64,000 nt of DNA from Paraspadella gotoi (GCA_051294375.1 CM119269.1:9175931-9239930), one strand, 5' to 3'; shown: positions 13,721 to 28,595, counted from the stretch's first letter. The notes: generated by a model from the letters alone, not told the origin. Numbers and translations: made by a program.

Positions 13721-16700
13721 CATCGAGAGAGAGAGAGAGAAGAGAGAGAGAGAGTAGAGAGAGGAGAGAGAGAGGAGAGAGAAAGAGAGAGGAGAGAGAG
13801 AGAGAGAGAGAGGAAGAAGAGAGGAGAGATGAAGAGAGAGAGAAAGAGAGCTTTGGCGCTTAAGCTTCTGCGTTTCTTCCGTCTGCCTGCGCTCCTCGTT
13901 CTCTTTCTTTCCTTTCTCTCTTTTTCTTTTCTTTTTTTTCGTTCTTTCTTTCTTTTTTTTTCTTTTTCTTCTTCTCTTTTTTTTATTTCTTGTCTATCTT
14001 TTTTTTCTTTTTTTCTTTCTTTCTTTCTTTCTTTCTTATCTTTCTTTCTTTCTTTCTTTCTTTCCTTGTCTTTCTTTCTTTCTCTTTCTTTCTTCCCTTT
14101 TTCTTTCCTCTTTCCTTCCTTAATTTTTCTTCTCATCTTTCTTTCCCATTAAAATTTTTCCTTTTTTTCTATTTTGGCCTTGATCCTTCCTATTCTCCTT
14201 ACCTGGACTCTTCTTTCCAGTATTTTCCTATCTCTTATCCTCCCTGTACCANNNNNNNNNNNNNNNNNNNNNNNNNNNNNNNNNNNNNNNNNNNNNNNNN
14301 NNNNNNNNNNNNNNNNNNNNNNNNNNNNNNNNNNNNNNNNNNNNNNNNNNNNNNNNNNNNNNNNNNNNNNNNNNNNNNNNNNNNNNNNNNNNNNNNNNNN
14401 NNNNNNNNNNNNNNNNNNNNNNNNNNNNNNNNNNNNNNNNNNNNNNNNNNNNNNNNNNNNNNNNNNNNNNNNNNNNNNNNNNNNNNNNNNNNNNNNNNNN
14501 NNNNNNNNNNNNNNNNNNNNNNNNNNNNNNNNNNNNNNNNNNNNNNNNNNNNNNNNNNNNNNNNNNNNNNNNNNNNNNNNNNNNNNNNNNNNNNNNNNNN
14601 NNNNNNNNNNNNNNNNNNNNNNNNNNNNNNNNNNNNNNNNNNNNNNNNNNNNNNNNNNNNNNNNNNNNNNNNNNNNNNNNNNNNNNNNNNNNNNNNNNNN
14701 NNNNNNNNNNNNNNNNNNNNNNNNNNNNNNNNNNNNNNNNNNNNNNNNNNNNNNNNNNNNNNNNNNNNNNNNNNTCTTCCTCCTCAATTTGTTAATCGAC
14801 GTCGACGTAAATGACGCGACTTAATTCGCGGGACCAAAACGACATCTATGAGAAGAAATATGTTTGACCGAGAGGGCGAGCGTCTCTACTGCCGCTGCCG
14901 CTGCCGCTACCGCTGCCGCTTCCGCCGCCACCGACAGCACAGCCAACGCTGCCCTGATCATTTCGCAACCGTGAATTACAAGACGGTCAACGATTTAGAA
15001 TTTAGATTCTCACTTTTGCTCTTTTGCTTCAAACGACCGACGACGTCACGAAATTGAAAACCCCGCATTGCATCCACGAGCTCAATTTTGCAAAGAATTA
15101 TTTTTTCTTAATTCATTAATAAATTGACTATTCTTATTGAACATGTGTTAAGTCTTTCTTCTCGTTGCGTTTTAGTTAAAGAGAAAACAACGTTTGTTAG
15201 TTTACAACAAACCCGTTGTTTGTAAACAAACAAATATTTTTTGTTTTTGCTCATTGAACTTTTTCCTCCTCCTTTTTTTCTCTTTCCTTTTTTACCTTCT
15301 CGCCCTTTTCATTCTTCCTCCCTCTCAAAACTGACGTCCACCGTCAGACCCTAATCGTCTGCAATGCGTCACCATCAACGATGCCAACGCGATGACCACC
15401 ATCAGCGACCATGGCCCGCCACCATCAGCACCATAAAACACCATGAGCTCCTTTCGTCTGCTCGACTCGACTGATGACGGTCATCGTGGCAAAACGATCA
15501 CGCGTTCTCGCCTCCTCCTCTTCTTCTTTCTTTGCTTCTTCTTCTTCTTCCTCCTCCTCCTCCTCCTCTTCCTCCACCTGTCAGCTCCTCATCGCTTTCG
15601 AATTCCATTGGTAATCCTAACTACGGTTTTTGGGAGCAAGACAGACAGACAGACAGACCGTTGCACAGCCGAACCGGCAGAAAGTAAATTGTAAAACCAG
15701 ACTAACGGACGAACAGAAAAACAGACAGGTGGACGTTGCGTAAAACAGAAAGAAAGACAGATAGACAGAAAAGGCAGACAGTAAGACAGACAAATAGAAG
15801 GACAAAAAAGAAAGACAGAGTATCAAATTATCATCTCGATTTTAATCTACCATAAAGAGACAAACGAAGTGATTTTTGGACGACGTCGTTGTTCGTCCCC
15901 CCCNNNNNNNNNNNNNNNNNNNNNNNNNNNNNNNNNNNNNNNNNNNNNNNNNNNNNNNNNNNNNNNNNNNNNNNNNNNNNNNNNNNNNNNNNNNNNNNNN
16001 NNNNNNNNNNNNNNNNNNNNNNNNNNNNNNNNNNNNNNNNNNNNNNNNNNNNNNNNNNNNNNNNNNNNNNNNNNNNNNNNNNNNNNNNNNNNNNNNNNNN
16101 NNNNNNNNNNNNNNNNNNNNNNNNNNNNNNNNNNNNNNNNNNNNNNNNNNNNNNNNNNNNNNNNNNNNNNNNNNNNNNNNNNNNNNNNNNNNNNNNNNNN
16201 NNNNNNNNNNNNNNNNNNNNNNNNNNNNNNNNNNNNNNNNNNNNNNNNNNNNNNNNNNNNNNNNNNNNNNNNNNNNNNNNNNNNNNNNNNNNNNNNNNNN
16301 NNNNNNNNNNNNNNNNNNNNNNNNNNNNNNNNNNNNNNNNNNNNNNNNNNNNNNNNNNNNNNNNNNNNNNNNNNNNNNNNNNNNNNNNNNNNNNNNNNNN
16401 NNNNNNNNNNNNNNNNNNNNNNNNNNNNNNNNNNNNNNNNNNNNNNNNNNNNNNNNNNNNNNNNNNNNNNNNNNNNNNNNNNNNNNNNNNNNNNNNNNNN
16501 NNNNNNNNNNNNNNNNNNNNNNNNNNNNNNNNNNNNNNNNNNNNNNNNNNNNNNNNNNNNNNNNNNNNNNNNNNNNNNNNNNNNNNNNNNNNNNNNNNNN
16601 NNNNNNNNNNNNNNNNNNNNNNNNNNNNNNNNNNNNNNNNNNNNNNNNNNNNNNNNNNNNNNNNNNNNNNNNNNNNNNNNNNNNNNNNNNNNNNNNNNNN

Positions 16701-17844
16701 NNNNNNNNNNNNNNNNNNNNNNNNNNNNNNNNNNNNNNNNNNNNNNNNNNNNNCGCCGCCGCAGACGCCAAGAATGACGCATCCGCCCCCAACACGGCGC
16801 CACGACCACTAGCGCCACCGCCACCGACGTCGGAACGAAATCACCGCCAGCGACGCCGCCGCCGCCCGACGATATTAAAAGACATTAAAGTCGCGGCGCC
16901 GAGTATTAACGAGGACGCCNNNNNNNNNNNNNNNNNNNNNNNNNGGGACCGGTTTTCCTCTCTCCTCTCTCACTCATCCTCTTCCTCTCATCTATCTATC
17001 CTTCATGAAGCTATCCTCCTCGCTGCACTATCCGAGGAGCGTCAGCATCGCGAGATAGACCATTTACGGTATCCGGGTCGCGAGTGGTTCACACAGGACG
17101 TGCCGCTGCGTTGTTGCAATTTCTAACTCCCTCTCGGATCAGTCCTCCACTCGTCGCTCGGTGCTCCTCCTCATTTCCCCTCACACCACTCGATAGACCC
17201 CTCCTCCCCCTTCCTCCCTTTCCTCGCTCCCATCCCTACTCCCTTCTGAAAACGACAAAAGATCAAAAACGACCTTGAATCAGTAATTAGTTGTGGTATT
17301 AAAAAATCCTCTCAACCTTTAACTATGCATTTTTTTTTCGCGCCATTTTTTTTCCTCGATGAATTAAGTTGATGTTGAGTTTTATTTCTTAATCTTGAGT
17401 TTTATTCATCGGATTTTTACGAGAGGAAAATAAGATTTAATATTTAATCAATTATTGTTTTTAATCCGAGAAAATAGATTCTTGATTTAGTTTTTATAAA
17501 GAGTATAATCTCGTCAATTGTTGTTGTTGTTGTTGTTGTTCTTTTTGTGGTTTCGTTGTTTTATTTACGATTGTTGTCTTCGTCGCCGTCTTCCAAGATC
17601 TTGTTAGATATTAAAGCGTGGTAAAAATGGTAAAAGTAAGGATTGAAAAACATTGTACGAATGTAAAAAATTTTTTAACAAATTTATTTTAAATTTAACG
17701 AAAAGAAAAAAAATGGAAAAAATGATATTTATTTTATTTTATCAACTTTTGACGCGGAATTCAAATCTGCTATCAAAATAACAAAAGTCCATTTTAAAAT
17801 TTTAGGATCTTTTAAGTATAAAAATATATATAAATATAGCCTAA

Positions 17845-18370
17845 TAGTTCTATCACTCTTTACAACTTATTTCATTATCAAAATATTCAGCGGATGGTCG
17901 TCGTCGTCGTCGTCTTCGTCATCATCTCCTTTCTTCATCTTCTCAACTTAAATGAAGATTTCCATGTTTTCTCAGATTTAAGAAATGATTTCTCAGCCAA
18001 ACATCGAATTAGTCCTGAATCGATTTTTTCCTTTTAATCCCGCGTTTTAAACTTTTTCTTCATTTTTTATATTATGGTTATTATGTATAGACTTTCGATT
18101 TCGTTGTTTTAGGATTTAGGAAAAGTAAGTCGACTTACTTGTCATAAAAATCGTTGCCACATTTCAAAAAACTTTTTTTCAGATTTATGAGGTTAAATGA
18201 CTTTTTTTCTTTTAAATTTTAAAAATTTGAATTTTGACTTTAATTTCGATGATTGATTTATTTTTTGAGATTTTTTTATGAAAAAAAAAAATGCAATAAA
18301 TGAATTCGAGTCAGTTCTATCGAAAGAGGGAGACTAAAAAATAAATTCCTTTCCATTCCGGAGAAATTTT

Positions 18371-18437
<67 letters not shown>

Positions 18438-18578
18438 GAGGAGAGAGAGAGATTTTGTCAGAATGTAGATTTGGGACATGGAATTTCTCGGAGAGGAGAC
18501 GAAGATTGTCTCTGATCTGTTCCTCTCCATCTTTTCCTTATCAACATCTTCCTCCGCTCTATGCTCTTCTCTTTTTCC

Positions 18579-18633
<55 letters not shown>

Positions 18634-19545
18634 CTCATCATCTCTCTCGCTCTCTCTGTCTCNNNNNNNNNNNNNNNNNNNNNNNNNTAGCCATTACAGA
18701 AGAAAAATAAAAATTATTTTTTTATAAATTAATGTTCTCTGTGGTGGTTACCTGTTCATAATTCGACTATATTAAATTTATATGCGACCTTTGCACTACG
18801 ATCTATTAGAATTATCGTACCTGGTTAACTCGCTGCGTCTGTCGTCATTCACGGTCATCGCGCATGCGTCATCGTCGTCATTCGTCGTCATCATTCTTCG
18901 TTATCGTTTGTTAAAACTTCTTCCCTACTCTTTCTCGTCTTTTCAACGTCTTTTACGAAGTTTATAAACCTTTTTGTTACGTATGCATGCTATTGTTCTA
19001 TCACTCTTTACAACTTATTTCATTATCAAAAATATTCAGGGATGGTCGTATGTCTTGTCGTCGTCGTCGTTCGTCTTTTCATTCATCTTTCTTCATCTTC
19101 ATCTAACTTAAAATGAAGATTTCACATGTTTTCTCAGATTTAAGAAATGATTTCTCAGCCAAACATCGAATTAGTCCTGACGATCGATTTTTTTCCTTTT
19201 AATCCCGCGTTTTAAAACTTTTTCTTCATTTTTTATATTTATGGTTTTATGTATAGACTTCGATTTCGGTGTGTTTTAGGATTTAGGAAAAGTAAGTCGA
19301 CTTACTTGTCATAAAAATTCGTTTGCCACATTTCAAAAAACTGTTTTTTCCCAGTTTTATGAGGTTAAATGACTTTTTTTCTTTTAATTTTAAAAATTAG
19401 ATTTTGACTTTTAATTCGATGATAGTGTTTATTTTGAGATTTTTTTATGAAAGAAAAAAAATGCAATAAATGAATTCGAGTCAGTTCTATCGAAAGAGGG
19501 AGACTAAAAAATAAATTCCTTTCCCAATTCCGGAGAAGATAGAAA
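17845..19545 (+). repeat. ~520-bp near-identical direct duplication (17845-18370 and 18995-19545) straddling a 25-N gap
   Basis: Both copies run from GTTCTATCACTCTTTACAACTT to AAATTCCTTTCC(C)ATTCCGGAG and differ mainly by single-base indels. Likely an assembly overlap artefact. Confidence 0.9.
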
Positions 19546-19711
19546 TTTGAGAGAGAGAGAGAAAGAAAGAGAGAGAGGAGAGATTTCCGGAGGGGAAGAG
19601 GCAGAGGAGAGGAGGAGATACAGGAAATACGAGACTCATGGAGAGATTGGAGCATCTTACAGCTGAGAGAGAGAGACGGCGTACGACCCGCACCAGACTC
19701 TGAGTCAGTAC

Positions 19712-19767
19712 CAGATCAGATAGTCGTAAAAACGAGTTCAGCTCTGCAGGGCGGTCAGCTTCCTCTA

Positions 19768-19818
<51 letters not shown>

Positions 19819-20310
19819 TCTCTCTCTCTTTTTTCTTTCGTATTATATTCGCGCTTTAATTCGGGCGCTTTTTTTCTTCAATACAAAAGTTCCCAAATTT
19901 ACATCCGACAGATTTTCGTGAATTTTTTCTAAAAATTTTGATATTCTTTATATAACGAGAGTGAAAACTGACAGGCCTCTCTCACTCTTTTCTCTTCTCT
20001 CTCTCTCTCTCTCTCTCTCTTTCTTCTCTCTCTCTCTCTCTTCGTCATTAGTTTACACCGCTTTGTTTGTTTTATTTACGATTGATATGACTCGATCGCC
20101 ACCGCGTCAAATGAATGATTCATTCGCATCAATGAATGATTATTCATCATATCAAATGGGGAGGGGGATGATTATATGACATCACATTGGAATGACTGAT
20201 CATCGCGCATCAATCATTGATTATCATTGCACATCAGTTATTTATTATTCGCATCAATATTGAGTTATCATCGACTATCAATATTTAGTTTATCTCGCAA
20301 TTAGATATTG
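19712..20310 (+). repeat. Dispersed repeat also present at ~33408-33780
   Basis: Both sites have AAAAACGAGTTCAGCTCTGCAG...CAGCTTC(C)TCT..ATCTTT, followed later by a ~21-bp ATGAATGATTATCATCGCATCA array. Confidence 0.75.
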
Positions 20311-21007
20311 TTACATCGAAGTGGTCGATCTCCTATTGCTTGTTAAGTTTTTTGCCCTAAATAATTCTGATTGCGTTTTTTTTCGTTGGCCGGGAAAAAT
20401 GTTCCGCCTCTCTCTCTCTCTCTCTTCTTCGTCTTCTCCTCTCTCTCTCTCTCTCTTCTCTTTCACTCATCACGCATTGTTTTGTTTTATTTACGATGAA
20501 TAATGACATCATCGCTCAATGAATGCTATCATCATGGCTGATCCTTATGCTTTTTAAATTTTGTTTTACTGGTTTTTGTATAAGAATAGAGTAGAACACT
20601 TAACTGATATGTTTCAGAGTTCTGCAAAAGCAAAAATGGAAAAAGTATCGCTTTCGGTTCCCTATTTCTCCCTCCCCGACTCTTCTTCACGACTTCTTTA
20701 ATTATCTGTCTCAACTGGCCTTAATCACTTCGATCGAGCCTTCCACGGTGAACGAACTCCATTGAGATTCCTCCCCTTAAGCTCTTCGACCGACTTTCTT
20801 CTTTTATGTCAACATCGTTATTTCCTTGAGTTCCTTTTTTCTTATCTCTAATAAGAGCTTCTCATCCATCACCATTATTTCCACTCAAGGCTTTATCATT
20901 CGTTCGCTTTTTTCCTACATTTTAGACCGTCAATGAACACTTCTTTAACACTCCTTCGCTTCTGGATCTCTTTCTCTCTCTCTCTCTCTCTCTCCTCTCT
21001 CTTCTCT

Positions 21008-21041
<34 letters not shown>

Positions 21042-23711
21042 CGCCTCTCTCTCCTCTCTGTGCAACTTTAATTTCGATTACACACTCGTGTAGGGTTCCC
21101 ATCCACACTCATATATATCAGGAGCTTTTGTATTCATCGAGCTTCTTTTAGTTTTTTTTGTTTCGCAGAACATGTCCGCTATTCTCATTTCTCTCAGAGA
21201 GTTGTCTCCCCAGTCCTTTCTTGAGTAATTTTTTTTACTCAAGACCGAATGCTTCCCTTCCACGAAAGAAGTATTTTTTTTCAGAGTCTTTTTCTTGTGT
21301 TTTTCCTATATTTCCATTTTTGTTCACTTTTCTTTTTCTTTTTTCCTGGTCAGCAAAATAATGAACAGACTTTGCGATAGTGAAAGATATCCTCTGGAAA
21401 AAAAACTTTCGATGGAGAAACTGAAAAGAAATACTAAGAAAAAGATGAAAGAGAAGCGATTTAAAGAGAAAGAGAGAATAGGATAGAGATAGAGATTTAA
21501 TGAGGATGCAATTATCTTTTGAGATAGCATCAGCTATGGAAAAAGTCTAAACGATTCATCGCGACTACACATACGACTTTTTGATTTCTTCTTAAGACTC
21601 GTTGTCAAACGTCGAGTAAAACATCCGTCGATCGTTATTTTTCTAGAAGAAAAAAAATAAATTCTTATACTAGGTATCGAGAGCATTAGGAACGAAACGA
21701 GACAACAAGAGAATAAATATAAAAAAAATCCCCATTAAAAAAAATAATTGATATAAATAGTAAATAATTGTTAAGATATGAAGTGAGAAAATATTTGTAA
21801 AAAAATATAGTGAAAAGTAAGAGGCAATATTGTGAATTGGTATTTGTACAACTAAATCGTTGTTGAACCAATTCGACAATTTGCCTCCTAATAAAAAACA
21901 CACGAAACAAAAGGATTACAATTTACAGTTGAAAATAGATAATGATGATGGTTCCGTGGGATGAGGATTCCGAAAATCTTGATGAAAAGAAGAAATCCGT
22001 GAAAAGTTGGAGACTAAGACTTTCTCCTTGGGGGGAATTTGCCGGAATATTTCGAAATGACCGCGATGGTCAGCGGAGGATGTAGAGAATCAGAACTGAA
22101 GAGCGAAAGGGGGGGCGGGAGTTAGGGGTTGACGGAGATTGATTTTAGATGAGATGTCTTCGGGCGGCCCGAAGAAGACGATGGGTTGTCTGAAATAGCT
22201 TTAGAAAATTAGCAACGAAAGGTTATATGTACTTGTATCAATCGCAAAATTAACTTGAATTGTGCTAACAGTTGCGAGCGTATGTTATGATATCAAATAT
22301 GTTGTTATTAATTAAATATATTTAACAAAAAAAAAAGGAAAAAATAAAGAGAGGAAAAAAGATAACTGATGATTTCGTGTTCATGACGTCGGCTAATCTT
22401 GCTTAAGTGATATGATCCTTTATATTGAGTGAGAGATAAGGGAATGTTGAATGATAAGGGAGAGAGAGAGAGAGATTTGGAGTTTTGGAGAGATTGAGAG
22501 AGGAGATGTATGGAGGAAGAGAGAAGAGAGGAGAGAAGAGACATTATTTGTATAAGGAAGGTGAGTGAGTAGGACGAGTGCTTCAAATGAGAATTTTAAA
22601 ATAATTAAAAAAAATGTATTGCTGTAAAAACAAATAGTAAATAAGTTTTAGTTGAATGTGTACTTTTTTATTCTAAGATCGAGTCAGGTTTATTGATTTA
22701 CTTATTCACTATTAGTATCAGGACAATTTTTTTTGGTCGAGACAGTAATTATTTTTTTCGACAAAGAAATCGGGCTTGGTCCGGATTGGCCTGATCAATT
22801 GCCTTTCATCTCTATTCAAACCCAAACATTTCACGAGCTCTAATGTGTTGCTCTCACAGTCCCTCCTATTTGTTGTATTGTCGTTCAGGTCTCTATGTCT
22901 AGTTAGTTTAAACTATAAAAAGATTGGGCCAACTTTTATTTTTTACTAACAGAGGTTTTATGTTAAATGATTGGTTACCCTGATTATTACTCCTATATTA
23001 TCTGCATACTATTTCGTATTATCGCGTATATGTAGAGTGGTAGATGCGTGTGTGTGTTGTTGAGCTAGTTGTGATGTGTGTGTGGTGTATCCCTAGTCGT
23101 CTTGTGTTCTTTTCAGTTTTATTGTCTCTGTTTCTGTCGCTCTCACTGCCTCTCGGGGCGTGATTCGTCAAATATTAAATTAAGTAATATCTTTTATGCC
23201 TTCTGCAAAAGTCGAATGAGTAAAAATCTTGTGAGAAGCATAGTCGCCTTTTTCCATTTCAAGAGATTAACATATCTCTTGTTCTGTCCCGCCTACTCAT
23301 TCATATATACATACTTTTGCATTCTCTTAACTCCAACATCTATTCTTGACTCTCCTTGTGTTGTCGTCTATCTTAACTCATCTCTCTCTTGATGTCCTGC
23401 TACTGTCTTCATACTCTCTACTAATCGTCTCGTCCTTCTATTGTGTCTTCTCATGCCTATTAAGATCTCTCTTATCGGATAGTGTATGTTCTTTGATTAT
23501 ATATCGATTCTGATGTATGTGTGTGATGATGTAGTGTCCTTTCTAATTTATTGACTCGTACTGATATGACTTCCGATTGATGCGTTGATAGTGGTCTCGT
23601 CCTTGAGCTCGCTCTGACGGTCAGTCTGTACCAAGTAGAAGTGTTGCCTATGAGTGCTTGCATCCTATCCGAAGGTGGTGAGATGACAAGATGATGAGGA
23701 CCGAGTAGATT

Positions 23712-24099
23712 CAGGGTGGGGACGTATGTTACAAATTTTGGAGAGAAGAAGGGAGAGAGAGAGGGCTGAGCTCCCAGGTTTTCCCCGCAGGGCGATAACG
23801 CGAATGCTATTAGTCTCTCTGTTATATAAAGAATAGATCAGAAATTTTTAGAAGTAGAAAAAACTCCCACGCAATGAATCTCGGTGGATGTAAATTTGTG
23901 TTTGTTATGATAAAAAATAATAAGTCTAGTCGCGAATAAATGGCAGATAATAAAAGTTTTAGAAGCGAAAAAAGCAAGGGAGAGAGATCGAGTGTAGAGG
24001 AGCTTTGGCTCTCTACCGCCTCTTGAGGTGAGGTGGCTTCCACTTCGGTCCAACTTATCTGGACGAATACAGTATATCCCAAAACGTTGTCTGATAACA
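23712..24099 (+). mobile_element. Possible degraded 3' LTR with polypurine-tract-like sequence
   Basis: Purine-rich AGGGTGGGGA just before TGTTA (23727), ending in TAACA (24099), with internal TATATAAA and AATAAA. No partner LTR or pol ORF seen. Confidence 0.2.
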
Positions 24100-26276
24100 C
24101 TGAAGCTCAAAAGTCTAGAAAAAGAAGTAATGCCCTGGAATTAAATTGTAAAAAGTAATATCAAAAGTCAGACAAACATCCGTAGAGAAATCGGAGATCT
24201 AAACGAGATGGATTCAATAAAATCGTTAGGAATGCTTCAGAAAGAAAGAGAGAGAGAAGAGAGGAGGACGAGAGATACGAGAGAGAGACGGGACGAGCCA
24301 CGAACGAGAGACGAGAGAGAGAACGAGGGAGGGAGAGTGAGAAATAGAGAGAGAGTGAGAGTGTTCCTACCAAGAACTGCATTATAGGTCACATCTCGTT
24401 TATATCGGATTATCCGTTGTCTTCGCAACGGCGTCGTAGCATTAAATTGGGCCTATGTGATATTCTTTTTATTATACACCGTAATACGCCCGTTATAGTC
24501 ATGTTCATCTCACAATTTGGCTACCTTGTTGCCGCGATCGACTCCACGAAAATCTCATGGTTTACATCATAATTTACTCTGGTGAGCTTTTTGGACGATT
24601 TATGTATTGAGATTAAATAAGTGATAATGCGATAAGGTAAAGTTTTAGAAGAAAAATCCACGAAAGATGCTATCCTGGATAAATTGGCGTAATAAAGTTT
24701 TGTAGAAGGAAATAAAAAAAAGAGAGAGAAAGATCGAGAGAGAAGAGAGGAGAGAGAAGAAAGAGACAGAGACGAGACGACCAGTAGAGATAGAGAAACT
24801 GAGATCGATGAGTCGCACGAATGATGAGCATCTTGTTCTGTTATTTTAGGAATTATGAACCGTAGTCCGTAGGGTTCACTATATCTTATATTTTGCGATA
24901 GTTTATATAATTTATAAATAGTTATTCACAACTCAAATAATATTATTTAAAAAAAAGTTAAAAATTGATTAATATATACACTAAAAATATTTATATAATT
25001 TAATAATAGTACAGAATCATCAGAATAACAAAAAAAGAATGTTTAATTTGGACTATATCTCTTTACTTTCAAATCCTATTTTAAGATATAATCTCTCGTC
25101 TTGTTTATTTCTTTCCCTTTAAATCCTTTTCGTGTTTATTTTTTTCGTTTATTCGTTTATTTTTCGTCATCATCTTTATTTCGGTCGACGTCGTCGTCGT
25201 CGTCGTCGACGTCGTTGTCGTCGTCGTCGTCGTCGTCGTCGTCGTCCCAGGGAAATGCCCGGTGCTGCCTCCCATCGGAGAAGGATCGAGATCTCAGGGA
25301 ATTCATTATTTCCTGGTCAACAAAATTTCTTATTGCGATACACACAGAAAGAGAGAGAGGTAGAGAGAAAAGAGAGAGAGAGACTGAGAGAGAGAGAAAG
25401 AAAGACTCAAATCTATTATCTCTCGCACGAACTCCAAGCAAAGTTCACAAATATGTAGAGAGAAAAAAAAAAACTTCTTGTGAGAAATCCGATGTTTTTG
25501 TTTGACTTTTTCCTTCGATACGAATATTCGGTGTCAGCATCACGATTCCCTGAAAGTGAAATCATGATGTGATATTTTTTGATATGATTGATTATTATTT
25601 TTATTTCTATATCTCGTATCTATCAGTATCAAGAATTGTATTTTTGGATTGTTCTCTCATTTTCAACCCTTATTCTGTTTTCAGCGTTTTTCCGAAGCTA
25701 AGTCTCGTTTATCAATAACGTCTATTTATTTATAATAAATTTTATTGACACGCTTAAAAATAAATTGTTTTCTAACTATTTATGAAACCATTGTCATTAG
25801 TGTAGTTCCTTTTCTGTTACAAAATAGTTGCAAAAAACATTAAATAAGTTTGTTGTAAAAAACAATAAAAAGAGAAAAAAAATTTGAATACAAAAAATTT
25901 TGAATCGTCATCCAGAGAAGATTTTGTGAATTATCAACAAATCTTCGCCGGATGAACTTTCTTTCTTTTTCTTTCTTTCTTTTTCTTTCTTTCTTTTTTC
26001 TTTTTTGTTTCTTTTTTTTCTCTATAAAAGAGAATAACTGACAAATATTTGCGTTGGAATCCCTCCGGCAATCCCGGCTCCGCCTTTCCCGGTGCCGAGA
26101 GAAAAAGGGTATCGGGTCCGAAATGAGGTATTGAGTTCAGTATTGATGCCGCAATGTCGACCTTGGATGCCGAGAAAAGCGCTGATTTTGGTTGATGATT
26201 AAAGCGCAGTAAAAATTCTAGATTTAGCTTTTATTAAAATTCTAAAAGTGAGGAATGAAGAATAAATTTTGCCATT

Positions 26277-26600
26277 TACGTAGCCGGCAAAGTTTATACA
26301 TAGTATTAAGTATTAACCCTATAAATGTTTAAAATTTCAAATTAGTTTTTTGTAAGATTTTTTGTCAGATTTGGATTTGTCATGAAGTTGATAATTAAAT
26401 ATATACCAATTTTTTTAAAAAATATTTCATTAAGTTGGTTAAAAATTAAAAAAAAAGATTTTAAGCTGAAAATTAAATTAAATTAAATTTTACAAATATA
26501 TATTTTTTTTAATTTTTAACACACTTACTGAAATAATTTTTTCAAAATGATTTATATTTTCTTTCATTAACTTTTGACGAGAAATTGTAGTATTTTAAAA
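26277..26600. mobile_element. Diverged copy of the AT-rich foldback MITE at 59077-59463
   Basis: Shared blocks TA-CGTAGCCGG, AAAATTTCAAA, TCAGATTTxGATTTGT, ATTTCATTAAGTTGGTTAAAAAT and GATTTATATT. Confidence 0.65.
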
Positions 26601-27150
26601 GGATAATACTGTACTATATATAAGTGTAGATGGCGTAAAATTAAAAAACAAATTAATGTCCACTTGTAGTATGTTGTTCATACTTTATTTTTAGAATGGA
26701 AATTAAAAATGTTAACTAAATTTGTTTCTTATTTCGTTGTAATATCTATACGTACAGAATCATTGTTTGACTCTACTTAAAGCTATAGTTAACTTAAACT
26801 TAACACATTACAAAATCGTTACTAAATTGTTACACGCTCTTTACACCTTTACTCCCGATTAATAATAATCCTTTATTCAAGACGAGATTGAAAAAGAGGA
26901 AAAATCCTTTCGAATCGGAGATTAATAATTTGTGAGAGAGAAAGATCGTACGAGTATTAAATGGGATTAAAGGCGACGACGATAGAAAGAATAAAAAAAG
27001 GTATTAGATATGGTTTAATAGGAGATTTAGTCGAGGGCATTTATGTAACATAATTGAGGAGACAAAAAAAAAATTATTATTATTGATTTTCATTTTAAGG
27101 GATTTGTTTTTTGTTTTGTTTGTAGAGTTTTCGTGAAAGAGAGGAAGCGG

Positions 27151-27190
<40 letters not shown>

Positions 27191-27327
27191 AGGAGAGAGA
27201 GAGAACCCAAAAGAACAAAAGAGATACATTGAAGGTTTTTAAATATTTGCGCGGTAAGTTTGCGACTCGCTATCAGTTTTGTTTGTTATGTATTGTTGAC
27301 TATTTTAGTTTCCGGCGAAAGAAATCA

Positions 27328-27453
27328 CTTTCTTTCTTTCTTTATCTCTTTCTTTGTATCTTTCTTTCTTTCTTTCTTTATTTCTTTTTTTCCTTCTTTC
27401 TTTCTTTCTCTCGTGTTTGTTTGTTTGTTTCTTCTTTTTTTTCTTTCTTTTTT

Positions 27454-27521
<68 letters not shown>

Positions 27522-27636
27522 TTCTTTCATTCATTCATTCATTCATTCATTCATTCATTCATTCATTCATTCTTTCTTTCTTTCTTTCTTTCTATCTTTC
27601 TTTCTTTCTCAATTTATTTCTTTTTTTCTTTCTTTC
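27328..27636. repeat. Compound (TTTC)n/(TTCA)n microsatellite
   Basis: Directly visible. Confidence 0.95.
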
Positions 27637-27769
27637 TCTGACGTCATCGATGTCTCTCTAAGCAAAAAAATCTCATATTAATGAACCGAAAATTGGAAAA
27701 ACGAAAACGATAAGACTTAGATTATCAAGTCTCGTCTTTTGGCGTCGCTGGGAATAAAGAAGAAAAATG

Positions 27770-27801
<32 letters not shown>

Positions 27802-28545
27802 GAGAAAGTCTTTTTTGATGATTCATGCTGATGATATTAATACTTCATTTTTTTTCGTTTTAAAAAAACAATGTTTTGAAATTTTCTTTTTGTCCAAAAA
27901 AAAAGAGAGAAAAAAAATAAAATTTGGGTACAGGATTGTTTGCACTACCACTGACTCATGTATTTTTAAGAAGTTCTAGATACTCATTGTTCTATTTCTC
28001 TTGGTATTTCACTAAGAATGATCGCACTTTCCGTTTGTCACAATTTAAAGTATTTTTAGCCACATTTATTAAAAAAAACAGAACTCTTTTTAAAAAGAAC
28101 ATTCATCATTTAATTGCTTTCACTAAATGATTGTTTTGTTTAAACAAAACAGTAGGCTCTCCGGAAACAGTTGTTTTGTCGAGAACAAAACGGTCTTCAG
28201 CTCCGGAAACAGTTAACCTCCGTCAAATCCGCATAACAAAAAAAAAATCAAAAATAAATTTTATCGAGTTTTGTCAAAATATTTTTTCTCTTTTGATATT
28301 TCGTTAAGGAAGAGAAAACAGCTGCCCTTCGTTTAACGAGTTTCGGCAGAGTGAGGGGGGGAGAAGAAAGAATAAAATCAAGGGAAATGCTTTTAAACAT
28401 TAATGGTTTTTGCCTAATATATTGGATAATGAGATTCAAAATTAAATAAAATCTAGGCGCAGGTCGAAGGCGGTGAAAAGTTTTTCCGCTTTTCGAGTTT
28501 GTATTTTGGTTGAGATCTCTTTTTAAATTCAATATCTTGAAACTA

Positions 28546-28595
<50 letters not shown>

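Noticed and set aside
13990-17126. ORFs of 200-416 aa
   Set aside because: Open only because they run through N gaps.
20690-21650. Possible decayed transposon coding sequence
   Set aside because: No RT, integrase, gag or transposase motif recognisable; multiple stops.
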